64,000 nucleotides of DNA, from assembly GCA_965178125.1 (NCBI GenBank), contig OZ237740.1, forward strand, positions 1,364,001-1,428,000, given 5' to 3'. The translations under genes were made by a program, and so were the position numbers. Source of the DNA: Bilabrum cf. latius. Its lineage: Eukaryota. Numbering within the stretch: the stretch's first letter is position 1; the number at the start of each line of letters is the position of its first letter. Of this stretch, positions 1 through 12,280 are shown in pieces. The notes under the pieces are model-generated. The model did not search any database. It was not told where the DNA came from and saw nothing but the letters and a program-made list of their open reading frames with translations.

Positions 1-1347
1 CGCGGGTGGGCTTTGCCCCAGGGCGTGGTGGCTGCCTGGAAGCAGAACTTGCGGGAGCCGCACATCTATTGGGGCAAGGACACGAGGGAGGACGTGGTGA
101 ACTTTGTGATCCAGGAGTGGACCGCCATGGACGACTGGCTCGCGTCCAGGCCGGAAGAGCCCTTCCGTTACCGCCTCGACTCTCTGCGGGACAGGCTCAA
201 GCGTCCCGCGCTCGAGAAGCAGCTCATCGTGGCCGACGTGTTCGTGCACGCATTCAACCGGAAGCCTTTCTTCCGGGACCTCGAGCCCAAGCCCTTTTTG
301 CAGGCTCTGCTGGAGCGCGCGGGGACGGCCTACCCCATCGTGACCAACCCGGGGGTCACTCCCGAGCAGCTGGCAGACGTGCACGGCCTCTGGCGGGCCG
401 TCGGCCACGTGCTGGAGTCGCACTCGTCACTCAGCGAGGACAAGGTGTGCGTGGACGCGGTGCCCCTGCTCCTGAGCTACCTGCTGCCCGCGGTTGCCTT
501 CCACGCGCAGCACGCCGTGCTGGGCGTGCTGCACGCACTGGTGCAGGACACGGCCATCGTGGAGGCCGCGGATGCGTGCAGCCCCACCACCGCCGCGCGG
601 GTGCTGGCGGTGTTCCCTGCCGCGCGGGGGGCAAGGGGGGCCGGTGGTGCTGGTGGTGCTGGTGGTGGTGCGGCAGGCGGGGCGGCGAGTGGGAGCGGGG
701 CCTCGGGGGGTACTCAAGCCGCCGCCGATGACGTGGACAGCGTGCAGGACGGCAGCAGCGACGAAGATGAAGATGGAGATCAGGACGACGGCGACGAGCC
801 GGACCCACTCCCTTCGGGCGAGTCGCTGCTGCTGGACACGATCGCTGGCATGTGCAAGCGGAGCAGTGCCCTGGGCCGGAGGTTCTTCCTCTCTGGTGTG
901 GCTCTATATGCGGTGCACCTGCTGGCGACTCACGCGGGCGACGATGCCGCGGTGCCCATGGAGGTGGCTGCCCCTGCCGCCCGCGTGCTGTGCACCCTTG
1001 TGCTGGACCGGTCCCACGGGATGGCAGTCAAGGAGGTCGTCTGCGACATGCTGACGCCTTCCTTCAGCCTGCAGACGGCCTTCGAGCGCAAGCCCGAGGC
1101 CTTTGTGCGGTACTTTCTGAGGGACCACCGGGACGAGTCCTCTGGCCGCCGGTGGAACGGGGAGGCGAGGGAGAGGCTGCAGCAGTTCCTGGCCACGGAG
1201 ATATCAAACCTGGAGCAGGCCGTGAAGCGGGCAGGGGTGGACTCGTGGGATGGGAGGTCCCCACGCTGGGATTCTGCGAGGCTGCGGCAGCTGCACGCCA
1301 CGCCGATCGACGTGGCAGTGTTGCGGGAAGGGGCTGCCGGGGACTGA
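1..1347 (+). CDS. 5'-truncated ARM-rich protein resembling the C-terminal region of RME-8/DNAJC13
   Basis: Open from the window edge to TGA at 1345-1347. The motifs 'EPHIYWGKDTRE', 'KQLIVADVFVHAFNRKP..LEPKPFLQALLE' and 'FLRDH..RRWNGEARERL' recall the repeated IWN / ELxVGGVYLRLF motifs of RME-8. Confidence 0.5.
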   Translation, partial: RGWALPQGVVAAWKQNLREPHIYWGKDTREDVVNFVIQEWTAMDDWLASRPEEPFRYRLDSLRDRLKRPALEKQLIVADVFVHAFNRKPFFRDLEPKPFLQALLERAGTAYPIVTNPGVTPEQLADVHGLWRAVGHVLESHSSLSEDKVCVDAVPLLLSYLLPAVAFHAQHAVLGVLHALVQDTAIVEAADACSPTTAARVLAVFPAARGARGAGGAGGAGGGAAGGAASGSGASGGTQAAADDVDSVQDGSSDEDEDGDQDDGDEPDPLPSGESLLLDTIAGMCKRSSALGRRFFLSGVALYAVHLLATHAGDDAAVPMEVAAPAARVLCTLVLDRSHGMAVKEVVCDMLTPSFSLQTAFERKPEAFVRYFLRDHRDESSGRRWNGEARERLQQFLATEISNLEQAVKRAGVDSWDGRSPRWDSARLRQLHATPIDVAVLREGAAGD

Positions 1348-1552
1348 TTTGTTGCTACTCGCCAGTTGGAGCCTTTTGCCTTTTGATTGCGCCGCACATC
1401 ACATCGGACTGAATTATAATCCGATGTATTTTGGGGTTCGAACCCACACAATCGAGCCCAGGCGTGCTTGAAACGGTCACGCCGGCTTATGTGGCCGAAC
1501 GACTCCGAGTCGTTCAATTTCGGCCCACATTGGCACTTCCTTCCTTCACAAG

Positions 1553-4207
1553 ATGAAGCGACTATGCTCGATTCTGTTGCTCCCTTTTATCGTTGAGCTT
1601 GGGTCAGCACGCACCTCCGTGGCATTCTAGGGCGGTGGGGCGCTGGGACACGCCGCAGCGTCGTATTTGCTATCCAACTTGCAGCTAGTTGCAAACGTCC
1701 AAGCGAATGCTACCGATGCTCAATGCCTTTCTGGTGGATATGACCTCTGCGTTACTGTTGGAAACACCTACTTGGCTCATCAGATTGCGGGCGTGCCTCT
1801 CAATCTGTCTACACTGGGCAGCGAAGCATTCGGCGTAGCGACAAACCAGAGTGGAACGACGCTTGTTCTGGCGGCATATGGTAACGCGTACATCAACAGC
1901 AGCGGGTTTAGCACAGAAGGGCCCGTGAACGGCGCCCTGTACGGGGCATTCGCAATCTTGGAATCGCTCGGATTCGGGTTTCTGCATCCGCTCGAGCCGC
2001 TGGTCCCCTCCGAGCTAGACTTAGCGGGCGCGAGGTTGGCAGGATCGTACGTGGACAAACCAGTCCACAGGCTTCGAATGTGGCACTATCACACTGAGCA
2101 CCCGCTGGAGCTGACCGACCTGCTGCAAGGCTTCAACGCGAGCGAATCGATCCATGTGACCTCGCGAGGCATAGGCGAGCGGCACCCGCAGGTTTACTTC
2201 GAGTCTTGGTCCAGCATGCTTCCCCAGCTCGAATCCTTCCTCGCCTGGCTGGTCGCGAACCGCCAGAACCACCTCGAGTGGGTCATGCTGCTGGACGGCT
2301 CGTGGTCCCAATACGGCCAGTCGAAGGAGCGCAAGGCGAGGTTCGCCACCATGGTGGGCATGGCGCACGCGTGGGGGCTGCAGGTCGGAGCAGACGCGCC
2401 CCTCGTCATGGTGCAGCAGCATGCATGGCACATGGCAGACGGCAGCGCCTCAGTAGAGGACCAGAAGCGTCAGGTCGCGGCGAGGCTGCAGTGGTACAGC
2501 GACGTGGGCTTCGACTACCTCAGCACGGAGAGCGGCTCCACCGAATTCTCCAACCCGGGGTGCCTACAGGAGCTCGCTCTCATGAACTACACGGCGAACG
2601 AGGCTAGCGAGGCATTCGGCATGCGCTCTTTCATCAAGGTGCACTGCTCCACGGACCAGACATGCCCCGATGTGCCGGACCCACGCACGGGCGAGCCGAT
2701 CAACTTCAACTTCTTGCCAGTGTACGCGGGATCCCGCCTCGGCGTTATGCCCCACCAGGTGCAGCTGTACTCGTTTGACGACCCCACTGCCAACACCTAC
2801 GGCAACCTGGATTTCGGGGACCTCTTCGACTTCGCGGTGTACGTGACCAACCAGACCGCGCCACCGCCCTCGCCCTCGCCCTCGCCCTCGCCCTCGCCCT
2901 CGCCTTCTCCGCCCCACAGTGCCAGACAGGGCCTGTCGGCGTCCATCGGGGGCCGTGACGTGGTGTGGCACGGCGAGACCGGCTACTGGGTGAACTACGA
3001 CATCGACGCCTCCCTGGCCCTGGGCGCCCTCTACGGCGAGCGGCGGCAGAGCGACCTGCGGAGGCTCAACCAGAGGACGGCGGCTGAGTCAGGCGGCACC
3101 ATCGACGGGCAGAACATCTTCGACTCGGGATGGGAGTGGGGCTACTGGCAGGGAGCCGTGCTCGCAGCCCGGGCGGCGTGGGACCCCGAGGTGGGGTCAT
3201 CCTCCCAGCCCGCCGCCTTCGCCGCTCTCTTCCAGAGGTCCATCGCCCGGACTTTGTACGGTGCCACGGCTGCGGGGGGTCAGGCAGGGGCTCAGATAGC
3301 CACGCAGGCGTTCTCGCAGATCGTGCAGGAGCAGAGAGCGGCACTGATCTTCGGGCAAGCGACGGCACCTAGCGGTAGGCGGCCGTCGGCCGCTCAGGAC
3401 GCATCCGTGTTGTACCGGAATGGGATGGCCTACCTCGCAGGACAGGACGCCTTCTCCTCCGTGCAGCAGCTGTTCGAGCCCAGCACCACCCAGCCGTACC
3501 GCGTATTCCTGTCCAACGTCACGGCCTCTGGCGGGGGCCCCTAGCCGGGATACCAGGAGCTTGACTCGATGCTGCGGCTGGTGGCCAACGCGACAGGCAG
3601 GCACCTAGAACTCGTGCGAGGCCTGGGAAAGTACGTCGATGCGGCCTCTCCCACTGCCGTTGCGCTGCAACAGGAGCTCGTTGATGCGTACAACGCCACG
3701 GCCATCCGTGCCGCGCAGCTGGTGGAGCTGTATGCCGCTGCTGCCGCCGAGTCCCTCGACAACGCCACCCGCGTGTCTCGGCTGGCTAGCGCGCTGCGGC
3801 TGACCCGCCAGGGGGCCGAGGTGGCCGCTCGCCGGGCTGCCGCCTACCGCGTGGATCGGCGCCGCATCGCCAGCTGGCGGGAGGGTCCCACGGCCTATGC
3901 CTACGGCTACCTGTGGACCTCTGCCACGGGATACTACTTGTGGAGGGACTTTGCGGAGGCTGCCAGGATGGTTTTCCCGCCTGCCAAGGGCCATGTGCTG
4001 CAGAGAGAGTCTCCGTGCTTTATGAACATTATATCTCCCGCTGACGTCGGGTTTGGGGACACGTGGCTCGAAGACCTGGCCGTGGTGCTGCGCGAGCTGG
4101 CGGATCTGAGCGGCGAGGACTGGGCCCAGGCCATCGGCGATTGCCTGCATGCTCCCTTGGCGGAGCCGCCCGTGCCTCCTCCCGGTGTTGTCCCGCAGGA
4201 ATGGTGA
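1553..4207 (+). CDS. Secreted ~884-aa uncharacterised protein, possibly hydrolase-like
   Basis: ATG 1553 gives the signal peptide MKRLCSILLLPFIVELGSA. In-frame TAGs at 1628-1630 and 3542-3544 join ORFs 1667-3544 and 3569-4207 in one frame, ending in TGA. Contains a (PS)n linker at ~2862-2910. Confidence 0.75.
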
Positions 4208-4308
4208 TTATATGGCACCGTCTGTGACGAGCAACTAAGCTACCGGGAGTAGAGCCGGTTGAGGCCCAGTCGCGCACGCTCCCGGCGGCAAGATCGCTGG
4301 GCGATCGC

Positions 4309-5217
4309 TCAGTGAACATCGCCCTTGCCTGATTCGCCACCATGCGATGCATGCTAAGCCGATGGTGTCGCGTTGGCTTCCACTAATTCTCCAGATGGCG
4401 CTGTCTCTTGCTGCGCCGGGCCGCTTCGGCTGATTCCGCTAGGCTCGGGACGTGCCGCGAAGCTTCCTGGCGCATTGTCGGCTGAGTCGGGACTCACGCG
4501 CAAGTTCGGTGTTTCTGAAGGAAGATTCCTTGCGAGGGATGACCCATTGGCTTGCACGGGCCGCGGTGCAAGGCCTCGGTGACCGGGAGCTACGACTCGC
4601 CCAACCCGCCTCATCACCTCAAGCTCGCGAAGGGCTCCCGCCCCAATTGGGCTAATGCTAGCGTTGCAAGAAACATCGAGCACGTCCAACTACCCAATTC
4701 GAACAATGACTGCGCACAGCCTCAAGCAAATGGCGTCGTCAATCTCACAATCAACCAAGCGAAGGATCCGCAGAGTCCCAGTAGTTGCGATGAGCTCGAG
4801 AACAGAGCTGATTGCGCCTCGCATGTCCCCAATGGAGCTCAGCGACACCTGGAGCAAGTGCTGGCACGTACTTAGAATGGAAAATAGAGTTACAAGCCCG
4901 GATACACTCATTGAGCTGCGACGGACAATGATACCTGAGATGCACTCTGGAGTTGCCTCGATCAGGTCGTACAGCTGCTCCAGTTGCTCAGGAAGCAGAT
5001 CAGTATCTTCAATACAAACTGTACATGGGTGATCAATCGACGCATTCCCAATAGATTCAACCAGCTTGCTAATGTCGCGCTCCCTTGGAGCTGCAACTGC
5101 GCTGGAACCCTGCGGTCGAGAGGCTCCGTTCTGAACTGTGGCAAGTGCATGCACCAGTGGAACGCCATCTGCGTAATAGCCCAAATTTTGCACGAATATT
5201 CTCACGCATACACCCAT
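4309..5217 (-). CDS. Leucine-rich repeat (RNI-like) protein; start uncertain
   Basis: ORFs 4690-5217 and 4354-4689 are in frame across TAG and end at TGA 4309-4311. LRR pattern 'LRILRLVDCEIDD...QLDVLDVSCNASIS'. Confidence 0.55.
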
Positions 5218-5410
5218 TCAAGAGTTGCTTTCTGGGCTTCCGTGCCTTGTTCTATAGCCGCCCTCATCATGGATCGGATCAGAGTCAGCACAACTTGAAG
5301 TGTGATCGGTTGGTGACGTGTACCAACAGAGAACACGGAACCCAATCGATTCATACGGGCCACAACCAGCAGCCAAGACTCAAAATCACAATACAATAGC
5401 ACGCGCTGCC

Positions 5411-6526
5411 TCACAATGTCGCGGTGCCACCCTGCCCCTGCCCCTGCCCCTGCCCCTGCCCCTGCCCCTGCCCCTGCCCCTGCCCCTGCCCCTGCCCCTA
5501 CCCCTGCACCTGCCCCTGCCCCTGCCCCTGCCCCGGCCTGTCCCTCGCCCGCAGGGTGCGTCCTTGCCCCGGCTCCATCGCACCCTGCCCCATGGCAGCC
5601 ACGGGGGCACCCATGCCCGCGGCATTGGCCACTCTGCCGTCCTGCCCCGCGGCGATCCTGGCCCTCCAGACCACGAGCGCCCTCGCGTGGCCCCAAGTGA
5701 ACCACGCCACGACTATGTCCACAGCAAAGAACACGAACAAAATCAGCATCACGAACGGGCCTAGACCTTCCAGGGGCTCCTCGTCCCTGGCAGCTAGCGC
5801 CGCGAAGGTGGCCCCCGAGTACACGAAGAAAAGCGCAGGGATGCAGCACGCAAGGATGCTGTGGAAAAAGAGGAGCAAAGTCACGTGTCGCAGCGCCGCC
5901 ACGAAGCCCATCACGGCGACCAGCAGCAGCACAGCGTTTAGGCCTGTGGATATGCGCACCAGACCCGTGCGGAATGGGGCAAAGCCAAAGCTCGCCAGCG
6001 CAAACACCGCCTCAACAGCGCACGCGATCACGGTGGCCTGCCGCCACGATAGAACCGGTGCAGGAGCCTCCATGGGGTCCTTGCTGAAGATGCGCTCCGG
6101 CAAGCAGCCGGGCCAGAATACCATGCTTTCAATCACCTCCTTGCGCTTTCTTTCGCGCCGCTCGGCCGCTTCCACGACAGCCTCTGCTGCAGCAGCAGCT
6201 GCACCGTGTTCCGACGTGCCGGGGTAGGGTGCTGGCTCGGCCACACCGCCGCCAGGGGCAGGAAGCGTTGCAGTCTATCCACCGGTGACAGATCTAGCAT
6301 TCTGCCTCTACTCTGCGTGATCTGTTTCCATCAGATTGTCTTCCGAGATGCACTTGTGACAGCAGCAGTCAGTGGCAACGACTCTGCCAGGACGCTCATG
6401 CTCTTCCAGGTCGCATGGGGCACATCGAGGACATCTGCAGCAGCACAAACCGTCGATTCCACCGCATAGCCACCGTGGACAGCAGCATGCGTGCACGTTA
6501 AAGCTGTGCTGCGTAGGCGCTGCCAT
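5411..6526 (-). CDS. Four-transmembrane protein with Cys-rich N-terminus and (GQ)n tail
   Basis: ATG 6526. ORFs 6308-6547 and 5498-6244 share a frame across TAGs. Four hydrophobic segments. One GGG-CAG unit of the tail repeat is GGG-TAG (5498-5500). TGA at 5411-5413. Confidence 0.7.
5430..5535. repeat. (CCCCTG)n hexamer tract encoding (GQ)n on the minus strand
   Basis: Direct inspection of the tandem repeat. Confidence 0.9.
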
Positions 6527-6878
6527 TTCGAAAGTGCTTGTCGGCACCTGCTACCCGCTGGTCTCCTCTTGCTGCGGAATGCTAGAGTTCTAACTCTTAG
6601 TTCGTCGAAACCACAAGTTCGTCAGACCAATTCGATGCTGATAAATCCCTAGTCAGGCGTTGGGCAAGTCAAGTTTGACACGGAGCGTGAGCAGTTGCTG
6701 CCGGTGCACGTGCTGCTCCGAATCGTTCATGAAACTGCGAAGAAAAGGCTCATAAAATGCTTAACTGTGCCGTTCACGCGTTGATATCATAAAGAAATAG
6801 TGTGTGAGCGGCTGATGGAGTGTCATGTGCGTGCTTACGTCACCGCAGGAGCAACTTCAAGAATAATTGTTCAACTGT

Positions 6879-9800
6879 TCAGTGTTCGCCTTCGGCAGCT
6901 TCTTGCGGTGACTTCCCGGCCGATGATGCAGCGGCTTTTGCAGCGGCAGCATGCCAGGACTTTCCGCTGGCTGCTGCAGATGCTGCCCTCGCTGCGGCAT
7001 CGGGGCTGGGAGCCAGCTCTGCGGCTGAAACTCGGCTGGGCGCCTCAGGCCCATCCGACGGCCGCTCCACCATCACATGCCTCGCCTTGGACTCGTCAAA
7101 GGACATAGCCGGCCGAGAACCTTGCCCCTATCCTTGGCTCTAGCCCTGGCTCTAGCCGGGGCGGTTGCGGTTGCGGCCTTGCCTTCTGCCTCGGTGCGAG
7201 CCTCCGCCGTTGCGACCGGCGCCACCGCCATGCCCGCCCTCCCGACGGCCCCCGTGCTACGGGCGACGACCACCCTGCCCCCTGTGCCGGCCCCCGTGCG
7301 CCCCCCTGCCTCCTCCCCTGCGACCTCCCATGCCGCGCCCCCGGCCCGCGCCCTCTGACGCACCGTACGGTCCCATGCCGCCGGGGCCGAAGCCCATTCC
7401 GCCCATCATGGGGGGAACGCCGGGTTGGCCCATGCCCCCCCACTGCATGCCCCCGCCCAGCACAGGAGCGCCGGGCTGCTGATGTGGCTGACCCGCGCCT
7501 ACTGCACCGGGAGCTCCCGGGCCCATGCCGCCCTGCTGCATGCCCGCCACCCCCCGGGTGTTGCTCAGAAGAGCAGCGGCGACCATCGCGGGGGAGAAGC
7601 CCATCCCGGGGTTCATGCCCGGCATGCCACCGGCATACAAACCACCCCCGTGATGGGGCCCGCCCATGCCCATGCCCATGCCCATACCCATGCCCATACC
7701 CATTCCAAAGGGCATGTGGCCCGCGCCGGGGCCGGGCATCGCGCCGCCCATGCCACCCATGGGCGGCCCGCCAAATCCGGGGGCTCCGAAGCCGCCGCCC
7801 TGCGGGGCCATGGGCGGCGCCTGCCCCTGCCCCTGCCCGGCACCCTGCGGGACGAACGGCTTGGCGTCTGCCGACATGCCGCTGCTGGGGCTCGACGCGA
7901 ACCCGGCAGACATGCCCTGCGATATGCCCTGCGGTGCGGCGGTGACGCGCGGCCCGCTGGCCGGGGGTGGCGCCTGTCCCTCCCTCGGGGGAACAGCGGA
8001 CCACGCGCTCCTGGTGGACGGCAGCACGCCATTACCCACCTACATCGAGGGACTCATGCTGTGGCCCTGGCCCTGGCCCTGGCCCTGGCCCTGGTGCTGG
8101 AACTGCTGCTGCTGCTGCTGCTGCTGGCCAGTCACTGCGGCAGACCCCCTCGCGTCCGACAGCAGGGCGGGGCCACCGATTAGACCCATCCCCATGCCAC
8201 CACCCATATGGCCCAGACCCATGGGTCGACTATCCGTTGAGCTCGCCACGGAGGAGGACCCCGCTCCCACGGCCCCGAGGCCCTCCTTCTCCTTGCCCGC
8301 CGGAGTGCCCTGTCCGTCGGCAAGGGCCCCGATGGGGCCCGCTGCGCCTGGGGCCACGGGCTCGTCCACGGGCTTCCTGGCCGGTGAAGGGGCAGAGTCT
8401 CCCGGTCCCCACTGCTGCGACAGCGTGGGGGACACGCGGGGCAGTCCCTCGGCCGGCGTCTTGTTCCCTGAGGGCTGCCGGGCTGCGGCAGGGGCTGGCG
8501 CAGGGGCCGGCGCCGGCGCTGCGGCTGCGGCAGGGGCCTCAGCCGGTGCCGGGGCCGCTGCCGACGGTGCCGGGGCCGCCTTGGCCACGGCCTTGGGCTT
8601 GTTGCTGGCCGGCTGCTCTTCCTGGCCCTTGGGCGCTGCGGTCGCTGCCTTGGCGCGCACGACCTGCATGCGGGCCTTGGACGGCGGGCCAGCCTTCCCT
8701 GCGATGACCTTGGGGGCTCCTCCTCTCTGCGCCCACACGGACTTCTTGGCCTGTGCCTCCGCGCGGGCCCTCCTCTCCTCCCTCTTGCGCTCCTCCTCCG
8801 CGCGACGGGCCGCAGCCTCCGCGTCCACGGGTGCTTTCGAGGGGACGGCCGGAGAGGCCTTCTCCGCCGGTGCTGCTCCTGCTGCCTGGGCCACAGGCCC
8901 CTTCTGCTGCTGCTGCGCCGCCGCAGGCTCGGCTGCGTTCGTGGCCTGCTGCTTGCTCTTGCCCGCCTGCCCCACGGCCTTGGAGACCTGCGGCGTCTTG
9001 CGGAGCCCCGGGGAGGGCCGCGCCTGCGCCTTCTTCTGCGCGGCCGTCTGCATCGCAGTCACCCAGCGAGACGGAGGAGCGGGCGCAGCGGCGGGCGCAG
9101 GCGCGGGGGTGGCTGCCTGTCTTCGCTTCGCGTCGGGCTTGCCCTTGCCACGGCCATCCCGCGCCCCCTGCTGCTTCCCGCCCTTGGACCGACTGGACCG
9201 ACCCTCGGCCCCTGCCGCGGCGCCACCATCCCTGGCACCGCCCTTGTCCTGCTTCCGGCCCCTCCCCGCCCCCGCTCCAGATGCTCCCGCTCCCGATGCG
9301 CCGGCCCCCCGCGGGCCCGCCCTGGCAGTGGGCGCGGGCCGCCTGGCCCCCGGCCGCATGAAGCCGTCCTTGCCCACGCTCCCACCGCCCCCTGCGTACC
9401 CGCTTCGAGCACCCGTCCCCCCCGTGCTGGATCCACCCTCACCCCTACCGCCGTCCATGCGGAACACAGTCCCCGCGGGAGGCTGCTGGTGCCCCCAGGC
9501 AGAGGCCCCTGCACCCTCCCCCGCGCCATCACCCCCCTTGGACCACATGCCCCCTGCCGGCAACCCCTCGATGCTCCACGCCGGGCTGGCTGTGGAGCCC
9601 GTGACCCCCTCCACAGCCAGGTCCGTCACGTGGGCCAGCCCCCTCGCTGCCGTGTCGACCGTGTCCATCGCGGTCGTTGCGGCCTCGCACAGGCCCTCGA
9701 AGGCCTCGCCCAGGGCGTGCCTGGCGGTGGCAGGAGACAACTCTCCACCAGACGCTGGGGCGGCGGTGTCGAACGAAACCCCGATGCTACCGGGAGCCTC

Positions 9801-10385
9801 GGCGATGTCAGCAAACTCGCTCGAGATTTGCCCGGGCTCCTGCACGAGAGCGGATTGCTGCCAAGGGCCAGACTCGGCAACAAGAGCATCGCTCCATGAC
9901 CCACGCGAGGAGCTGAATGCCATCTCATCCGCGCTACCTGCGTGCTCATTGGACACGCTGCTATCATGAGATGCCGACGCGGATCCGCCAGCCAACAGGG
10001 AAGATCGCGAGGTTTTCTCGGTGTGGCGTGAAGTCTTTGACATAGCCAGGCCCCCCACGCTATAGTGGGAATATGTGCGTGCACCATTTTCCCTGCTAAA
10101 GGAGCGAACCGTAGCTTGCAGCTTGCTGTCACGGGAAAAGCCGGATTGCTGCGCTGCCGCCTCTTGCTTCGGAACACTACCATCCCTGCCAACCAGTGCA
10201 GTTACACGGCTTTGGATCTGTGCTAGAGTAGACACATCATCACTTCCTTCTGCAGGAGTGGCTTTCGCACTCGTAGATTCCTTGTTCTACCGTTCTGCTG
10301 CTTGTGCTTCCTGGCACTCATTCCAGGTCAGGATCGTCCTTGTATGGCGTCCAATAGCTGGAAACAGAGCCCTAGCGGCGTTCAT
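6879..10385 (-). CDS. ~1170-aa low-complexity protein with a PAM2-like motif and GM/RGG-rich C-terminus (probable PABP-interacting RNA-granule protein)
   Basis: ATG 10385. ORFs 8040-10235, 7257-8039 and 6879-7106 are joined in frame by TAGs, ending in TGA. 'GMSADAKPFVP' (~7848-7880) matches the PAM2 pattern, followed by RGG-rich sequence. Confidence 0.7.
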
Positions 10386-10480
10386 GCTGAGCGTAAGCGC
10401 TTAGGATTAGCAGACTAGGTAGATATTCAGTGATACAAGCGCACACAAACCGGGAAGGTAGCAAGGATGGACATCCCGCG

Positions 10481-11005
10481 ATGGATGGTTCGCCAGTTAA
10501 GTACTCGCTACAATTCAACAGTAGAATCGAGAAGCTGGAGCGCACCAGCAGGGCCAAGCCAATCGTCGAAGACGCACTCACTCGGATAGAGCGTACGATT
10601 GCGCGGTCATCGGAACGGACAGCTGTCAAGGAGCTGGCCAACCGAGTGGTGCAGGTGATCAGGAACCAGCTGCGCTAGCAGGAGTAGCTGACGTGCAGGC
10701 AGTGGATGCGAGGCGATGCGGCGGCTGCTCTTGCCGCCACGGCCACGCAAGAGCTGATAGCGGCAACCAATGCGAACGCTCGGCTACAGCGACGGATGTT
10801 TAAGCCCCACGGCTTGCTAAGGGACATAGAGAGGCAATGGGCCAAAGGCATGAGCGCGTGCATGCTAGCCTCTCTGAAGGATCGTGAGACGCAGAGACGG
10901 TCATGGAGGAGGAAATGGTGGGTCCCGGCAGGGGACCCTGATGTGGGACTGGACCGCGCTTTGTGCCGGGCACATGCTCCGCACCTGTATGCTTTCTCCT
11001 TGTGA
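10481..11005 (+). CDS. Hypothetical protein (~174 aa)
   Basis: ORFs 10430-10678 and 10706-11005 are in frame across two TAGs and end in TGA. Divergent from the upstream gene with a ~95-bp gap. Confidence 0.55.
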
Positions 11006-11263
11006 AGGCATCAGGCTGAGGGCTTGTGGGGGACCACATTGATGGCGAATAAAGGGGACTCGGCGGTGTAGGCTGAGATTGGGGGGCCTTTGGCCTGAAA
11101 GGGTCGGGGGTCTTGTAGTCCTTGTTTGAGGACTCCTCTGGATTCAGGTGATCACTCGAACTCCTTCGGGGGCAACGGTGCATCTGGGTGCTTGTGGAAT
11201 CTTTACCCAACAATGTATTTCTGTATTTTCTGTAATCGATCAAGGCAACTAGTAGTCCCAAAA

Positions 11264-12280
11264 ATGCCTGGACGGAAGCGTAAATCGCGTGCCAAAGTGA
11301 AACCAGATGGTGTTACCGTATAGGGGGATCAACTGATTGGAATACGAGAGCACATACCGCTACCGAAGCGGCTTCGGGTAAGATTCAAGCTGCTCGCGCA
11401 TCTGCTGTGGCTTCCTCCCCGACTTGGAGCGCGATTTGTTTACGCTTTCGCCACGACCGAATCGCAGACTCGCCACTGGAGCGCAAATGCAGTGAGGTTC
11501 GGACACTTTGTCGTTAAAGCTTGGGAGCCAGAGCCTGGCGTGCCTGCCAAGCTAAAGGCCGTTCGAGACAGAAAACTAGCAAAATTACAGGAGGTTAGGC
11601 AGCAGCAGCAGCAAAAACGGCAAACTTCGAAGTATAGTCGCAGAACTAGACGCTCGACTGGCGTTGCCGGGCCAGAGACCGGTACGTCGGGGCAGCTCCC
11701 GCAGCTACCATCTGCTGCATCCAGCAGCGCCTGGATGGGGTAGCAACTAGAAGCAGCCGAAGCCGCAGCTGCAGCTTAGCGGGCATAGGCCCGTGCTATT
11801 GTTGCAAGGGCGACAACCGCAGCAGCAGGGCCCAGACCTGCTCAAGTCCCAATCCCGGGTGGCGGGCAGCCCGGCGCTGCCACGAGCAGTAGCAGCAGCA
11901 GCAGTAGCAGCAGCAGTAGCAGCAGCAGTAGCAGCAGCAGTAGCAGCAGCTTTGCTGCAGCTGGGGCACCGTCTGTACAGGCCGGGGTACACTACCGCAC
12001 GGACGGGGTGCCAGTCGTGACGTCCACTACTGGTACTGGCTCATGGCTACAGCCGTCGGCGCGAGACCCCGGCCCGGGGGCAGCGCCGCAATCATTGCCG
12101 AGCACATCAGCCCCACGGCCCGCTGATGGAGCCGCGGGTTCGGATCTATCGCAGGGCCAACTCGCACCTTAGCTCACAAGAGGATCAGATGAGGCACGCA
12201 GCTTTGAGTTGGCATAGGTCGATTCTGGCCCGGTTGCAACGGAGGCAACCGGCGGGGGCGAAGCGAAGGATGCGACCTGA
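11264..12280 (+). CDS. Basic, probably nuclear protein with a possible BCL7-like N-terminal motif; intron 11378-11467
   Basis: ATG 11264 (MPGRKRKSRAK). Phase-0 GTAAG...CGCAG intron. Exon 2 'TRHWSANAVRFGHFVVKAWEP' loosely resembles BCL7 'VRKWEKKWV...IFKWVP'. Several in-frame TAGs, a poly-Ser tract, and TGA at 12278-12280. Confidence 0.5.
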
